Shown one piece after another: positions 10,828 to 21,155 of a stretch of DNA of 64,000 nucleotides (positions are counted from its first letter, which is position 1; every line of letters starts with the position of its first letter). The DNA comes from Calditrichia bacterium. GTDB lineage: Bacteria; Calditrichota; Calditrichia; JAJRVZ01. Both the position numbers and the translations under genes were made by a program. The notes beneath the pieces were generated by a model. The model was not told where the DNA came from. It did no database searches and worked only from the letters and a program-made list of their open reading frames with translations. The stretch is taken from positions 55,841-119,840 of the forward strand of contig CAVXXB010000002.1 of NCBI GenBank assembly GCA_963765585.1. Direction: 5' to 3'.

Positions 10828-12915
10828 TTATTCTTCTTCTTCACGCTCTTTTTTCGCATTTTCAATTATTTTCTGTGCAATATCAGAGGGTACTTCTTCA
10901 TAATTGGCGAACACCCGGCTGTGAATACCTCTACCGGCAGTCATTGAACGTAATGTGGTCGAATATTTATATAGTTCCGATAGTGGTATTTTCGCTTTTA
11001 TGATCTGGAATTTTCCTTCAGAGTCCATACCCATAATTTTACCGCGACGACCGGAAATATCGCCCATCACATCACCCATATAATCTTCCGGGACCTTTAT
11101 AGTTACCTCATAGATTGGTTCAAGCAGCACCGGGTTGGCAGCCATAAATGCCTTTTGAAATCCCATAGATCCTGCTACTTTAAAAGCCATTTCAGAGGAA
11201 TCAACGTTGTGATAGCTACCATCAAAGCAGGTTACCTTCACATCAATAACCGGAAACCCGGCAATTACGCCTCTTTCCATCCGCTCTATAACACCTTTTT
11301 CCACAGCGGGAATAAATTTACCGGGAATTACTCCGCCGACGATGGCATCTACAAATTCAAAGCCGCCTCCCCGCGGTAATTTTTCCAGCCGCAAATGGCA
11401 GTCGCCATATTGCCCCCGGCCACCGGATTGTTTTTTATACTTACCCTGGGCTTCGGATTTGCTTTTTATTGCCTCACGATACGGGATGCGTGGCTCCTGC
11501 TCATCTACTTCAACATGATATTTCTGACTTAGCCGTTTTAGAATCGTGTTCAGATGAAGTTCACCTTGTCCCGAAATGATTGTCTGTCTCAGTTCAGGAT
11601 CGAATTTTGCCAAAAATGTGGGATCCTCTTCATGTAAAGAATGCAGACCTGCGGCAATTTTTTCTTCATCACCCTTGGCCTTAGGAACAATAGCTGTCCT
11701 GATCTTTGGCTCAGGAAAATGAATTCTTGGTAATATAATTTGATTTGTTTTTTCGCAAAGTGTATCTCCGGTGTGGGTACTTTTCAGTTTTACCACCGCA
11801 CCGATATCACCGGCCATCAAACGATCCATACTGATTTTATTTTTACCATTTAGTGCAAAAAGTTGTCCAACGCGCTCTGCCGATTCCTGAGAACTGTTAA
11901 ACATATCATCTCCGGTTTTCAACGCACCGGAAACGACTTTAATATAAGAGAGTTCACCGACATGTGCTTCGGAAACCGTTTTAAATACACGGGCACTGGA
12001 AGATTCTGTAGCGGTGCATTTTCTTTCTTTTTCAGTACCGGATGAATCTTTACCTTTTACCGGCGGCATATCTGCAGGTGAGGGCAGGAAATTAACAATT
12101 ACATCACTCAGGCGTTGAATTCCGATATTTGCTGTGGCTGCAGCACAGAATACCGGATAAACTTCATGTCGAAGAATTGCTTTACCCAGACCGACACGAA
12201 ATTCATCTTCACTGAGCTCTCCGGCCTCAAAATATTTTTCCATGAGCGTATCATCACTCTCAGCAACAGCCTCAATCATTTTGACATGCAAATCTTCTGC
12301 GCGATCGGCGTGATCTGCTGGAATATCCTCCTCTGTGTATTTGCCACTTCCATCCGTACTGAAGGTCATCATTTTCATGCGAATCAAATCAATTATCTGA
12401 TTGAATCCCGGACCGGCGTTTACCGGATATTGGGCCAGAGCAATTTTGTGGCCAAAACTTTCGTGCAATGAATCTATGACATCATCAAAATTAATATTCT
12501 CTTTATCCAGCTTATTTACGACAATAAAACGAGGTAGATTTTGTTTTTCAGCTTCTTCCCAGATCTGCTCAGTACCGACTTCAACCCCACCACTGGCAGA
12601 GATCACAACCATCACACTATCAACCGCGGTAAGGGCACCGACAACTTCGCCAAAAAAATCAGGATACCCAGGCGTATCAATGATATTAATTTTATGATCT
12701 TTCCACTCACCATGCACCAAGCTGGAACTGATAGATATTTGTCGTTCTATTTCATCTTCATTATAATCAGAAGCGGTCGTACCCTGTTCAATCAAACCGA
12801 TGCGGTTAGTCACCCCTAGGTTAAACAGGATTGCCTCTACAATACTTGTTTTCCCCGCGCCGCCATGCGCACCCGTGGCAATATTTCGTATTTGCTCGGA
12901 CTTGTAGTTTTTCAA
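10828..12915 (-). CDS. fusA: Elongation factor G, EF-G2-type paralogue (not in str operon)
   Basis: Full EF-G domains (DTPG, NKLD, GQGELHL, KKQSGGRGQYG, DGSYHNVDSSEMAF) with divergent G1 GAHGGAGKTS and G2 RQISI; TTG start with GGAGG RBS. Confidence 0.92.
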   Translation of the reverse strand: MKNYKSEQIRNIATGAHGGAGKTSIVEAILFNLGVTNRIGLIEQGTTASDYNEDEIERQISISSSLVHGEWKDHKINIIDTPGYPDFFGEVVGALTAVDSVMVVISASGGVEVGTEQIWEEAEKQNLPRFIVVNKLDKENINFDDVIDSLHESFGHKIALAQYPVNAGPGFNQIIDLIRMKMMTFSTDGSGKYTEEDIPADHADRAEDLHVKMIEAVAESDDTLMEKYFEAGELSEDEFRVGLGKAILRHEVYPVFCAAATANIGIQRLSDVIVNFLPSPADMPPVKGKDSSGTEKERKCTATESSSARVFKTVSEAHVGELSYIKVVSGALKTGDDMFNSSQESAERVGQLFALNGKNKISMDRLMAGDIGAVVKLKSTHTGDTLCEKTNQIILPRIHFPEPKIRTAIVPKAKGDEEKIAAGLHSLHEEDPTFLAKFDPELRQTIISGQGELHLNTILKRLSQKYHVEVDEQEPRIPYREAIKSKSEAQGKYKKQSGGRGQYGDCHLRLEKLPRGGGFEFVDAIVGGVIPGKFIPAVEKGVIERMERGVIAGFPVIDVKVTCFDGSYHNVDSSEMAFKVAGSMGFQKAFMAANPVLLEPIYEVTIKVPEDYMGDVMGDISGRRGKIMGMDSEGKFQIIKAKIPLSELYKYSTTLRSMTAGRGIHSRVFANYEEVPSDIAQKIIENAKKEREEEE

Positions 12916-13093
12916 TTTCCCTCCTTATGGAATTCTAAAATTATTTCAGATATCAGCTTATAATTGATAGATTTCAAGATAATCTCTTAATTAACAATTA
13001 TTTAGTACAATAATATTTTCAAAAAACTGATATTTTATAAAAGGAACATAAAGTAATAATATCGGATTGTCTTTGCAAGAAAAAAAGAGAGAC

Positions 13094-16000
13094 TTATTTA
13101 GAGGAATTGTTGTTAAAAAACTGACTAAGCGCATCGCTTAGTGTTTCAACATTGTATGGTTTGTTTAGTACTCCAATAAATCCATATTCACTATAATTGG
13201 CCATAATCGGATCATTTGAATAGCCGCTGGATACGATGGCCTTTACCTCCGGATCAATTTTCTTTAATTCCTTAATTGTGTCCTTGCCACCCATCCCGCC
13301 AGGAATGGTAAGATCCATAATTATGAGATCAATCAAATCGCCATTTGATTTTGCTGACTTATATTTTTCCAGTGTTGTTTCACCGTTTTCAGCTTCATCC
13401 ACTTCGTATCCCAAATAGTCCAGGATTTGAGACAATAATTCACGAACCATAATATCGTCGTCCATCACAAGAATCTTTCCCCGGCCGTTGTGGACCTGTG
13501 GTTTTATATTCTTTTCAATCCTGGCTTCTTTTTCAGTGGCAGGCAGAAAAAGTTCGACGGTAGTACCGCTCCCTACTTCCGAAATAACATTAATATGACC
13601 TTCGTGACGCTTAATAATTGAGTAAGTGGTTGTGAGTCCCAGACCGGTTCCTTTTGATTTGGTGGTAAAATATGGGTCAAAAATTTTATTCAAATCCCGT
13701 TCGGGAATACCAACACCCTGATCAATAATTGAAATTTTTGCATACTTTCCGGCACTAAGTCCGGGATACTCCTCATGAGCAAGTACCTGATTATCGATTT
13801 TAATAAGTATTTTTTTATTATCTTTTACTGCCTGTTGTGCATTCAATATAAGATTCTGAATCACCTGGCTTATCTGGCCAGCATCCACCACCACATTCCA
13901 TAAATCATCAGGGCTTTTAACTTCGCAAAATATATCCGAACCACGAAGTGTAAAATTGGCCGAGTCCTGGATAATGTCCACAATGGATGTGGTTTTCCTT
14001 AGTGGTGCGCCGCCCTTTGAGAATGTTAATAATTGATGTGTCAGTTCTTTCGCCTGGATAATGGCTTTCTCCGCCCGTGCCAGTATCGGATTAATTTTTT
14101 TATCACCACGGGATTGCATTCTGGCAAGCGAAACATTGCCCAGAATTGCCGTAAGAAAATTATTAAAATCATGTGCAATTCCACCAGCAAGCACACCGAT
14201 AGAGTCTAATTTTTGCACCTTGGCAATCTCTGCTTCCATGTGCTTTTTGGTAGTCACATCTCTGAGCGCAGCCACCATACCAAACAATTTACCTTCATGA
14301 TTTTTAATCGGCGCCGCACTGAGTTCAATCTGGTATTTTTCTCCGGAGCCCGATTCAAGAATAATATCTTTCACCAGCGAAACCGGTTTTTTACTCTTCA
14401 TTACATCTTCTAATAATGCGACAGGTCCCTTACTGTCCAGTATTTTCACCACATCTGGAAACCGGAACCCGACCCCTTCATCATTTTCAAAGTCAAGCAT
14501 CTGACGTGCGCGGTCATTTAACAAGACAATAAAACCTTTGACATCTGTGGTAATAACCGCATCTTCGATAGAACTAAGCGTTACATCAAGCCGCTCCTTC
14601 TCTTCCATTACGGCATTCTCTGCCTGCTTTCTTTCGGAGATGTCACGAATCACGATCTGTCCGGCAATCTCCCCTTCAAATGAAATTGGTGCGCCGATGA
14701 GTTCAACTTCAATCAGGGATCCATCCTGACAGATCATCTTTTGTTCAAGATTGCGGAAGGGTCTTTTTTCAACAAATATTTTCTTAATCTTTTCGCGGGC
14801 TTCGCTAAGATAATCTGGATGAATCATACCAAAAATTGATTTACCAACCAGTTCTTTCTGCCGCAAGGCACCCAGAAGTCTCAATCCGGCCCGGTTGATA
14901 TATTCTATTCTCTTTTCACTATGAACAATGATTGCATCCGGTGACAATTCGATCAACCGGCGATATCGTTCTTCACTCTCCTTCAGTGCATCTTCGGCAT
15001 GTTTCTTTTCGGTGATATCCCTTTGCAATCCCCAGGCCCGCAACAACTTATTATTTTCAACAATACCGACCAGGCTATTCAGAAAAACACGCAAGTTTCC
15101 AAAATGATCGATTTCATATGATTCTTCATCCATCAGGCGGTATCCAGATTGGATAAATTTTTGCAGATATTCTATATTTCGTGGATTGTCGCGGCTTAAT
15201 AATTTATCAAGCGGTAATCCAATCATTTGATCAACATCATCATACCCGTATAATTTTGCCATGGCCTGATTACATTCGGCAAGAAATCCGGAGTCATAAA
15301 ATCCTTCAATCTGCTTACGATTAGAAATCGAGGTACGAATTGGTTCCTTAAATTCAATAGACCATATTGCTTCAGTACTATATGTAATGAAGGTCTTATA
15401 TTTTTCCTCGCTCTCGAGAAGCGCGCGATAGGCTTCCTGAGTCTTCTCTTTTTCTACAACCAGTTCATGTGTACGCTCCTGAACCCGATCTTCCAGTTTT
15501 ACGTTGGTCTTTTCAATTCGCTTTACTCTTCGCTTATGTTCCGCAAATATCAGTGTTGCAATCAGCACAATCCCAAGCAGATAAAACCAGGCGGCTTGCC
15601 AAAATGGTGAGTCTATTTCGAAAGGATAAATGGCAGGGCTACTGCTCCAGATTCCATCATTATTTTTTGCCAGCACCTTAAATGTATAAACCCCCGGACT
15701 CAGATTGGTATAGCGGGCATAGTTATCCGGAGTCTCGGGTGACCATTCTTCTTCTAAACCTTCAAGTATAAATTTATAACGGATTTTCTCAGGGGCGACA
15801 AAACTCAACCCGATATATTTAAAAGTCAGATGATTATCACGGTAGGAAAAAACATGCGGATGTCGATTTTCGAACTCGTTATAGAATACACCAATATCCG
15901 TTATTACTATTGCGGGTTCCGCATTATTATAATGATCTTCAGATGGATTATACTTAATGACGCCATCTAAAGTACCAAACCACAGACAGCCGGTTTCGTC

Positions 16001-17836
16001 CATACAGACAGCATTTTGATTTGTCTCAACTGCATGGAATCCCTCGTACTGTCCATAGATCTTGGATTCTCTCGTTACATGATTAAATCTTTCAATACCC
16101 CTGCGTGTGCCCTGCCAGATATTGTTTTCTTTGTCACAGACTAAAGAATAGGCCGCATCGCCACTTAAACCATCTTGCTTGGTATAATTAATAAACTCAG
16201 ATCCATTATACCGAATCAAACCCTTGTCTTCCGAGCCGATCCAGATGTGACCATTGAGATCTTCGGTCAAACAAACAATCGCTTTGGCATCAAATCCATC
16301 ATTACTGGAAAATTTATAGAATGTCTCACCATCATATCTCGATAACCCGCTCTTTGATGTAGCAATCCAGAGCACTCCAGATGTATCCACCAGCAAGGAA
16401 AAAATAAAGTCGCCGATCAATCCGCTTTCAGGGCCATAATGCTGTAATTTTTTCTTCGCTCTGTCATATCGATACAGTCCACCGCCATTCGTACCAAACC
16501 ACAGATATCCATTATGATCTTCTACTATACAGAGAACATCATCCTTAATTTGTGATAAATGACGACCAAATTTATTCGTCTTTGGGTTAAAAACCTGAAC
16601 ACCACCCCGGGTTAAACCTACCCAGATCAGACCATTTTTATCCTCAAACAAAGAGCTAATTTCTCTTCTCGCCAGGCCATTTTTCAGGGAGATTACTTTA
16701 ATATCCAGATCATCGGCACGAGAATCCGGCCGGTAGCGTACCAGGCCCTTTTCTGATCCAAACCAAAATTGTCCCTGCTTGTCCTGAATAATAGCCCAGA
16801 TAGTTCTGTCGGGCAATCCTTCCGAAGTACTAAGGAACTCAAATCGCCTGTCCCTGAACTGGCATAGCCCGCCGCCGTTAGTGCCAATCCAGATTGATCC
16901 TTCGCGGTCTTCAAATATGCATTTAACATCCCGATAACTCAGTCCGTGCTTCTCTGTCAAGAATAAAAACTCGTCAGAACCAGGTTTAGAGAGCAGGTTT
17001 ACACCACCAGTTCGTGTACCAATCCATATTCGTTTTTTTGAATCCTGAAATATTACCTTTACTTCGTTGGAGCTCAGTCCATTCTGAGTGTTAAATATTT
17101 TAATGATATTATCATCTGCTGAAATAAAATAAAGTCCCGAATTCTCAGTGCCTATCCAGATATTTTTATCCTTGTCAACTAAAATATCTGTGATATCCAT
17201 ACCTTTCAGGATGCTCAAACTTTTTATATCCTGTTTTCCGGTTAATGACTGGTCTGTTACATAAAGGATGTTTACTCCGTCTGTCGTTCCTATCCATAAT
17301 TCATCATGGTTTAGAAATCCCAGACAGTTAACATTATTACTATTCAGTCCATCCTGCCTGGTAAAATTAATCCAGCGTGTGCTATCGAGACAAAAGACAC
17401 CTCCGCCGCCGGATGCAAACCAAAAACGGCCATAAACATCTTCAATGATATCATCGATTTGAACACCCCGTATCTCCGGTATGACATCAACGGGCGTAAT
17501 TTCTCCAGTATGTGTGTTTAGTTTTGATATGCCGTGGGTACGGTAGGCGAGCCATATATTTTGTTGGGAATCATAAAAACTGGCAAGGATATAATTAGAT
17601 TCAAGTCCATTTTGAGTGGTGTAGCTTTGGAACTGCCTGCCGTCAAACAGGGCCAAACCATCTCGTGTACCGATCCATAGGTATCCCTGTTTATCCTGGT
17701 GAATGGACTGCACCTGGGATTGGATCAAACCCTCGCGTACATTGTAATTACGAAAAGGAATTCTTTGTCCCTCAGAGAGCGAGCTCAGAAATCCGATTAT
17801 TAATATGAAATATGGCCAGATTTTCCAGGTAGTCAT
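13094..17836 (-). CDS. Hybrid sensor histidine kinase: beta-propeller (Reg_prop) + YYY, TM, 3 PAS, HisKA, HATPase, REC
   Basis: Repeated D..G.(L/I)WIGT motifs, YTNLSPGVYTFKV, AGGIAHDFNN, FDPYFTTK..GTGLGL, C-terminal REC MDLTIPG. Confidence 0.93.
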   Translation of the reverse strand: MTTWKIWPYFILIIGFLSSLSEGQRIPFRNYNVREGLIQSQVQSIHQDKQGYLWIGTRDGLALFDGRQFQSYTTQNGLESNYILASFYDSQQNIWLAYRTHGISKLNTHTGEITPVDVIPEIRGVQIDDIIEDVYGRFWFASGGGGVFCLDSTRWINFTRQDGLNSNNVNCLGFLNHDELWIGTTDGVNILYVTDQSLTGKQDIKSLSILKGMDITDILVDKDKNIWIGTENSGLYFISADDNIIKIFNTQNGLSSNEVKVIFQDSKKRIWIGTRTGGVNLLSKPGSDEFLFLTEKHGLSYRDVKCIFEDREGSIWIGTNGGGLCQFRDRRFEFLSTSEGLPDRTIWAIIQDKQGQFWFGSEKGLVRYRPDSRADDLDIKVISLKNGLARREISSLFEDKNGLIWVGLTRGGVQVFNPKTNKFGRHLSQIKDDVLCIVEDHNGYLWFGTNGGGLYRYDRAKKKLQHYGPESGLIGDFIFSLLVDTSGVLWIATSKSGLSRYDGETFYKFSSNDGFDAKAIVCLTEDLNGHIWIGSEDKGLIRYNGSEFINYTKQDGLSGDAAYSLVCDKENNIWQGTRRGIERFNHVTRESKIYGQYEGFHAVETNQNAVCMDETGCLWFGTLDGVIKYNPSEDHYNNAEPAIVITDIGVFYNEFENRHPHVFSYRDNHLTFKYIGLSFVAPEKIRYKFILEGLEEEWSPETPDNYARYTNLSPGVYTFKVLAKNNDGIWSSSPAIYPFEIDSPFWQAAWFYLLGIVLIATLIFAEHKRRVKRIEKTNVKLEDRVQERTHELVVEKEKTQEAYRALLESEEKYKTFITYSTEAIWSIEFKEPIRTSISNRKQIEGFYDSGFLAECNQAMAKLYGYDDVDQMIGLPLDKLLSRDNPRNIEYLQKFIQSGYRLMDEESYEIDHFGNLRVFLNSLVGIVENNKLLRAWGLQRDITEKKHAEDALKESEERYRRLIELSPDAIIVHSEKRIEYINRAGLRLLGALRQKELVGKSIFGMIHPDYLSEAREKIKKIFVEKRPFRNLEQKMICQDGSLIEVELIGAPISFEGEIAGQIVIRDISERKQAENAVMEEKERLDVTLSSIEDAVITTDVKGFIVLLNDRARQMLDFENDEGVGFRFPDVVKILDSKGPVALLEDVMKSKKPVSLVKDIILESGSGEKYQIELSAAPIKNHEGKLFGMVAALRDVTTKKHMEAEIAKVQKLDSIGVLAGGIAHDFNNFLTAILGNVSLARMQSRGDKKINPILARAEKAIIQAKELTHQLLTFSKGGAPLRKTTSIVDIIQDSANFTLRGSDIFCEVKSPDDLWNVVVDAGQISQVIQNLILNAQQAVKDNKKILIKIDNQVLAHEEYPGLSAGKYAKISIIDQGVGIPERDLNKIFDPYFTTKSKGTGLGLTTTYSIIKRHEGHINVISEVGSGTTVELFLPATEKEARIEKNIKPQVHNGRGKILVMDDDIMVRELLSQILDYLGYEVDEAENGETTLEKYKSAKSNGDLIDLIIMDLTIPGGMGGKDTIKELKKIDPEVKAIVSSGYSNDPIMANYSEYGFIGVLNKPYNVETLSDALSQFFNNNSSK

Positions 17837-17957
17837 GTTAATAATTTAACCAATTATTTGATTACCGGTGTAAAATTTATACAATTTTATTATACATTTT
17901 ATATTCGGGCAAAATTAATGAAAAATTAAGATTTAACCCATCTGGGTCCGGAATTGG

Positions 17958-20267
17958 TCATCTCTTTATCTTTAAAATCCGCAAGCCATTAAAGATAACA
18001 ATCAAACTGGCACCCATATCTGCAAATACTGCCATCCACAGAGTGGCATAACCTGGCAATGCGAGACCCAAAAAGACAAATTTTAGGAATAATGCAATAA
18101 AGATATTTTGTTTCACAATTCTCAGTGTTTTGTTACTCAACAACCTTAAAAAAGGAATTTTCTGTAAATCGTCATCCATTAACGCGATATCAGCCGTTTC
18201 CAGCGCAGTATCTGAACCTCTTACTCCCATGGCAATCCCGATATCCGCAGCAGCAAGTGCAGGTGCATCATTTATCCCGTCTCCAAGCATGGCTACCGTA
18301 CCGTTATTTTCGCGTATCTCTTTGATTATTCTTAATTTATCCTCGGGTAACAATTCCGAATGAACCTCGTCAATATCAGCAAACTTAGCAATTGTTTCGG
18401 CTGTTTGATGATTATCTCCGGTAAGCATTAATATCTTTTTGACACCCAATTCTTTCATCTCCTGAATAACCGAGGCAGATTCTGCCCTTAGTTCATCCCC
18501 GATGGCGATTATACCAATAATCTGATTGTTTTTACCAACCAGCACAGTAGTATGATTCTCATCTTCAATCGAAGTAATCAGTTCGTGAATATCATCATTG
18601 CAAATACCATTTTCCTCAAACATTCTATGACTACCAATAAGGATTTCATCACCGCCTGATTTTCCCATAATCCCGCTACCGGTTATCGTATTAACATCCT
18701 CGGTTCTTTTTGTGGTTATACCATGTTTCTCAGCATAGGTAACAATTGCACTGGCAAGTGGATGGTTCGAATGTATTTCCAGGGAAGCAGCAATTGATAA
18801 TATATCTTTTTTATCATGATTTTTTAGTGAAATCACTTTTTGTACTTCCGGCATCCCTTTTGTCAGGGTCCCGGTTTTATCAAATGCAATTGTGTCGATT
18901 TTGGAAAAATTTTCTAAAAAGAGTCCACCCTTTATCATAATTCCTTTTCGGATGGCATTGGTTAAACCACTGATAATTGAAACCGGTGTTGATATTACAA
19001 ACGCGCATGGACAGGCAATCACCAGTAAGACAAGTGCGCGGTAAATCCATTCATGCCATGATAAATGAAATAAAACTGGTGGAAGAACGGCAATCATTGC
19101 TGCTATTGTCATGATGATGGGAGTATAATAGCCGGCAAATTTTTCAACAAACTGTTGACGGGGGGCTTTTTGGGTTTGTGCATCAGTTACCAGCTGGGTG
19201 ATTTTGCTGTATGTACTGTCAGGAAATGTTTTTGTCACCTTAAATTTGAGATATCCATTTTTATTAAGGGTACCGGCGTGTACCAATGAATCCACCACCA
19301 CTCTGACCGGCATGCTTTCTCCGGTAATCATGGACTGATCTATATGAGATTCTCCCGAGACTACAATGCCATCGGTGGGAATACGTTCTCCTGCCTTTAC
19401 AGCAATGATATCACCTAAATTCACCATTTCCACCGCAATAATATGTGTTTCCTCGCCATTTACAATCCGTGCGGTGACCGGGCGTTCTTCCATCAGGTTG
19501 CCAATGGATTTCCTGGCTCTTCCCATGGACCATGACTCCAGATACTGCGCCAGAGCAAAAAGAAATACCACCATCGCTGCCTCAGTCCATTCTCCCAACA
19601 CCACCGCCCCGATAACAGCGACACCCATCAACAAATTCATTCCAGGTTTCGCAGAACGTAATTCAGTCCATCCTTTTATGGCGATTGGATAACCACCAGT
19701 TAGCACTGCCAGTAACAAACTGCTTTTGGCCGAAATTTCAAATCCGGCAAATTGCAGCAGAATCATGCCGGCGGTTAAAAAGATCAGGCAAAATATAATT
19801 CTGGGAAGTTCGAGGCGACTAGATTCTTTTGATTCTTTATGTGTGCCAATAAATGTAAAATCTATCTCTGTGTCTTCCAATTTTGACAGCAATTGAGGTA
19901 CCGGTATGGTATGGTTAACGATCACCCTGCTTTCTTTCCAATCATAGGAGACTTTAGTTATCCCTGAATCAGAATCGAAAGTTTTTATTGTTTCCCGGAT
20001 CTGATTTTGTGAATATGTCTTATCAATTTTAAAAATACTTGATATGTGACCGGGCTGTAATATTTTATAGCCGGCAGATTTTACTACCGACGCAACATTG
20101 CTATCGATTGACTTATCGGAGGAATGGGATAGTTCAAGTGTACCGCTAAAAAGATTAACTTTAACATCGCTTATACCGGGGATTTTTTTTACTGAATTTT
20201 CGACATGCAGTGCACAATCAGCGCAATCCATCCCGGTAACAGTATATGTGGATTTTATTTTAGACAT
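17958..20267 (-). CDS. cadA: P1B-type heavy-metal (Zn/Cd/Pb) exporting ATPase, CadA/ZntA-like
   Basis: GMDCADC HMA domain, TGES, CPC, DKTGT, HP, GDGIND, TM ADMG. Confidence 0.92.
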   Translation of the reverse strand: MSKIKSTYTVTGMDCADCALHVENSVKKIPGISDVKVNLFSGTLELSHSSDKSIDSNVASVVKSAGYKILQPGHISSIFKIDKTYSQNQIRETIKTFDSDSGITKVSYDWKESRVIVNHTIPVPQLLSKLEDTEIDFTFIGTHKESKESSRLELPRIIFCLIFLTAGMILLQFAGFEISAKSSLLLAVLTGGYPIAIKGWTELRSAKPGMNLLMGVAVIGAVVLGEWTEAAMVVFLFALAQYLESWSMGRARKSIGNLMEERPVTARIVNGEETHIIAVEMVNLGDIIAVKAGERIPTDGIVVSGESHIDQSMITGESMPVRVVVDSLVHAGTLNKNGYLKFKVTKTFPDSTYSKITQLVTDAQTQKAPRQQFVEKFAGYYTPIIMTIAAMIAVLPPVLFHLSWHEWIYRALVLLVIACPCAFVISTPVSIISGLTNAIRKGIMIKGGLFLENFSKIDTIAFDKTGTLTKGMPEVQKVISLKNHDKKDILSIAASLEIHSNHPLASAIVTYAEKHGITTKRTEDVNTITGSGIMGKSGGDEILIGSHRMFEENGICNDDIHELITSIEDENHTTVLVGKNNQIIGIIAIGDELRAESASVIQEMKELGVKKILMLTGDNHQTAETIAKFADIDEVHSELLPEDKLRIIKEIRENNGTVAMLGDGINDAPALAAADIGIAMGVRGSDTALETADIALMDDDLQKIPFLRLLSNKTLRIVKQNIFIALFLKFVFLGLALPGYATLWMAVFADMGASLIVIFNGLRILKIKR

Positions 20268-20275
20268 TTAAATAA

Positions 20276-20572
20276 TCATTCCTCGACATGGGTTTTTGCC
20301 ATGGCAATTAACTGTTCGACATGCGAGTCATCCAGTGAATAAAACGCACTTTTGCCCTGTTTGCGGTATTTTACCAGTTTCATTGATTTCAGAAGCCGGA
20401 GTTGATGAGATATGGCCGACAAAGACATACCCACCTGGATGGAGATATCTGTAACCGGCAGTTCGGATATCTGGAGAACAGATAAAATTCGTAAACGCGT
20501 GGGATCGGCCAGAATGCCAAATAAGTCGGCCAGGGCCTGAATGGTTTCTGATTTTGGTAGTTCTGTTCTCAT
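20276..20572 (-). CDS. ArsR/SmtB-family metal-sensing repressor (alpha5 site type)
   Basis: LADPTRLRIL, SAISHQLRLL, alpha5 metal site DSHVEQLIAMAKTHVEE (DxHx10HxxE); cotranscribed with ATPase. Confidence 0.92.
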   Translation of the reverse strand: MRTELPKSETIQALADLFGILADPTRLRILSVLQISELPVTDISIQVGMSLSAISHQLRLLKSMKLVKYRKQGKSAFYSLDDSHVEQLIAMAKTHVEE

Positions 20573-20632
20573 TTTCTATTATATGACCCTGATTATAAAT
20601 TTAACTGTTAAAAAAATCAGGAGGCAATACTA

Positions 20633-20662
20633 ATTATACTTGAACAATTGTTCAAATATAAT
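20633..20662. promoter_or_regulatory. SmtB/CadC-type operator palindrome
   Basis: ATTATAC-TTGAACAATTGTTCAA-ATATAAT: perfect 16-bp core, one mismatch over 30 bp, 60 bp upstream of the repressor start; TGAACA..TGTTCA is the SmtB/CzrA-type core. Confidence 0.85.
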
Positions 20663-20693
20663 ATTATGTATTTACAAAAGCAATGACTTTATA

Positions 20694-20739
20694 TCATCCT
20701 GAACTTGCCTGGCCTGAATTTATTTCAGGGTTTCAGGAT
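20694..20739. repeat. Nested palindromic REP-like element
   Basis: TCATCCTGAACTTG [CCTGGCCTGAATTTATTTCAGGG] TTTCAGGAT: a CCTGAA..TTCAGG hairpin inside another. Confidence 0.55.
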
Positions 20740-20916
20740 AAGTAATCAATTATTATAGGATTCCGAACCCACGAGCAAAGTTTGGGAGACCGATATACGA
20801 AGTATATTTAATTATTTATTATTCGTGCTCTTCGTGAACTTCGTGGTGAGTAAGATATGTGATATATTGAAAATTTAAGATGGTTTGTTGAAAAAGACGA
20901 ACACTGGGTTTTTTAA

Positions 20917-20954
20917 TAAAAAAAATCGTTCCCGAAAAAAAATTCAGGAACGAT
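20917..20954 (-). terminator. Rho-independent terminator downstream of ahcY
   Basis: Minus strand ATCGTTCCTGAA-T6-TTCGGGAACGAT followed by long T-run. Confidence 0.75.
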
Positions 20955-21006
20955 ATATTTGCTTGAACTATTCACTTCCGCCAGGGCGGAATTTACAAAG
21001 GTGCTT

Positions 21007-21118
21007 AATTGCAAATTGTAGAATGTGCAATTAGGAATGAGGAGTTAGAAATGATTGAATTATTTTATTAATTTTAAATTCCTAATTTTCTTTTCTGCGC
21101 CTCTGCGCCTCTGCGAGA
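21007..21118. repeat. Degenerate 7-mer tandem repeats with inverted partner, plus 8-mer CTGCGCCT repeats
   Basis: aattgca/aattgta/gaatgtg/caattag/gaatgag/gagttag then ttttaaa/ttcctaa; ctgcgcct ctgcgcct ctgcgaga. Confidence 0.55.
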
Positions 21119-21155
21119 GAATAATTATCCTGGTTGGATCTATGATGAATTTATT

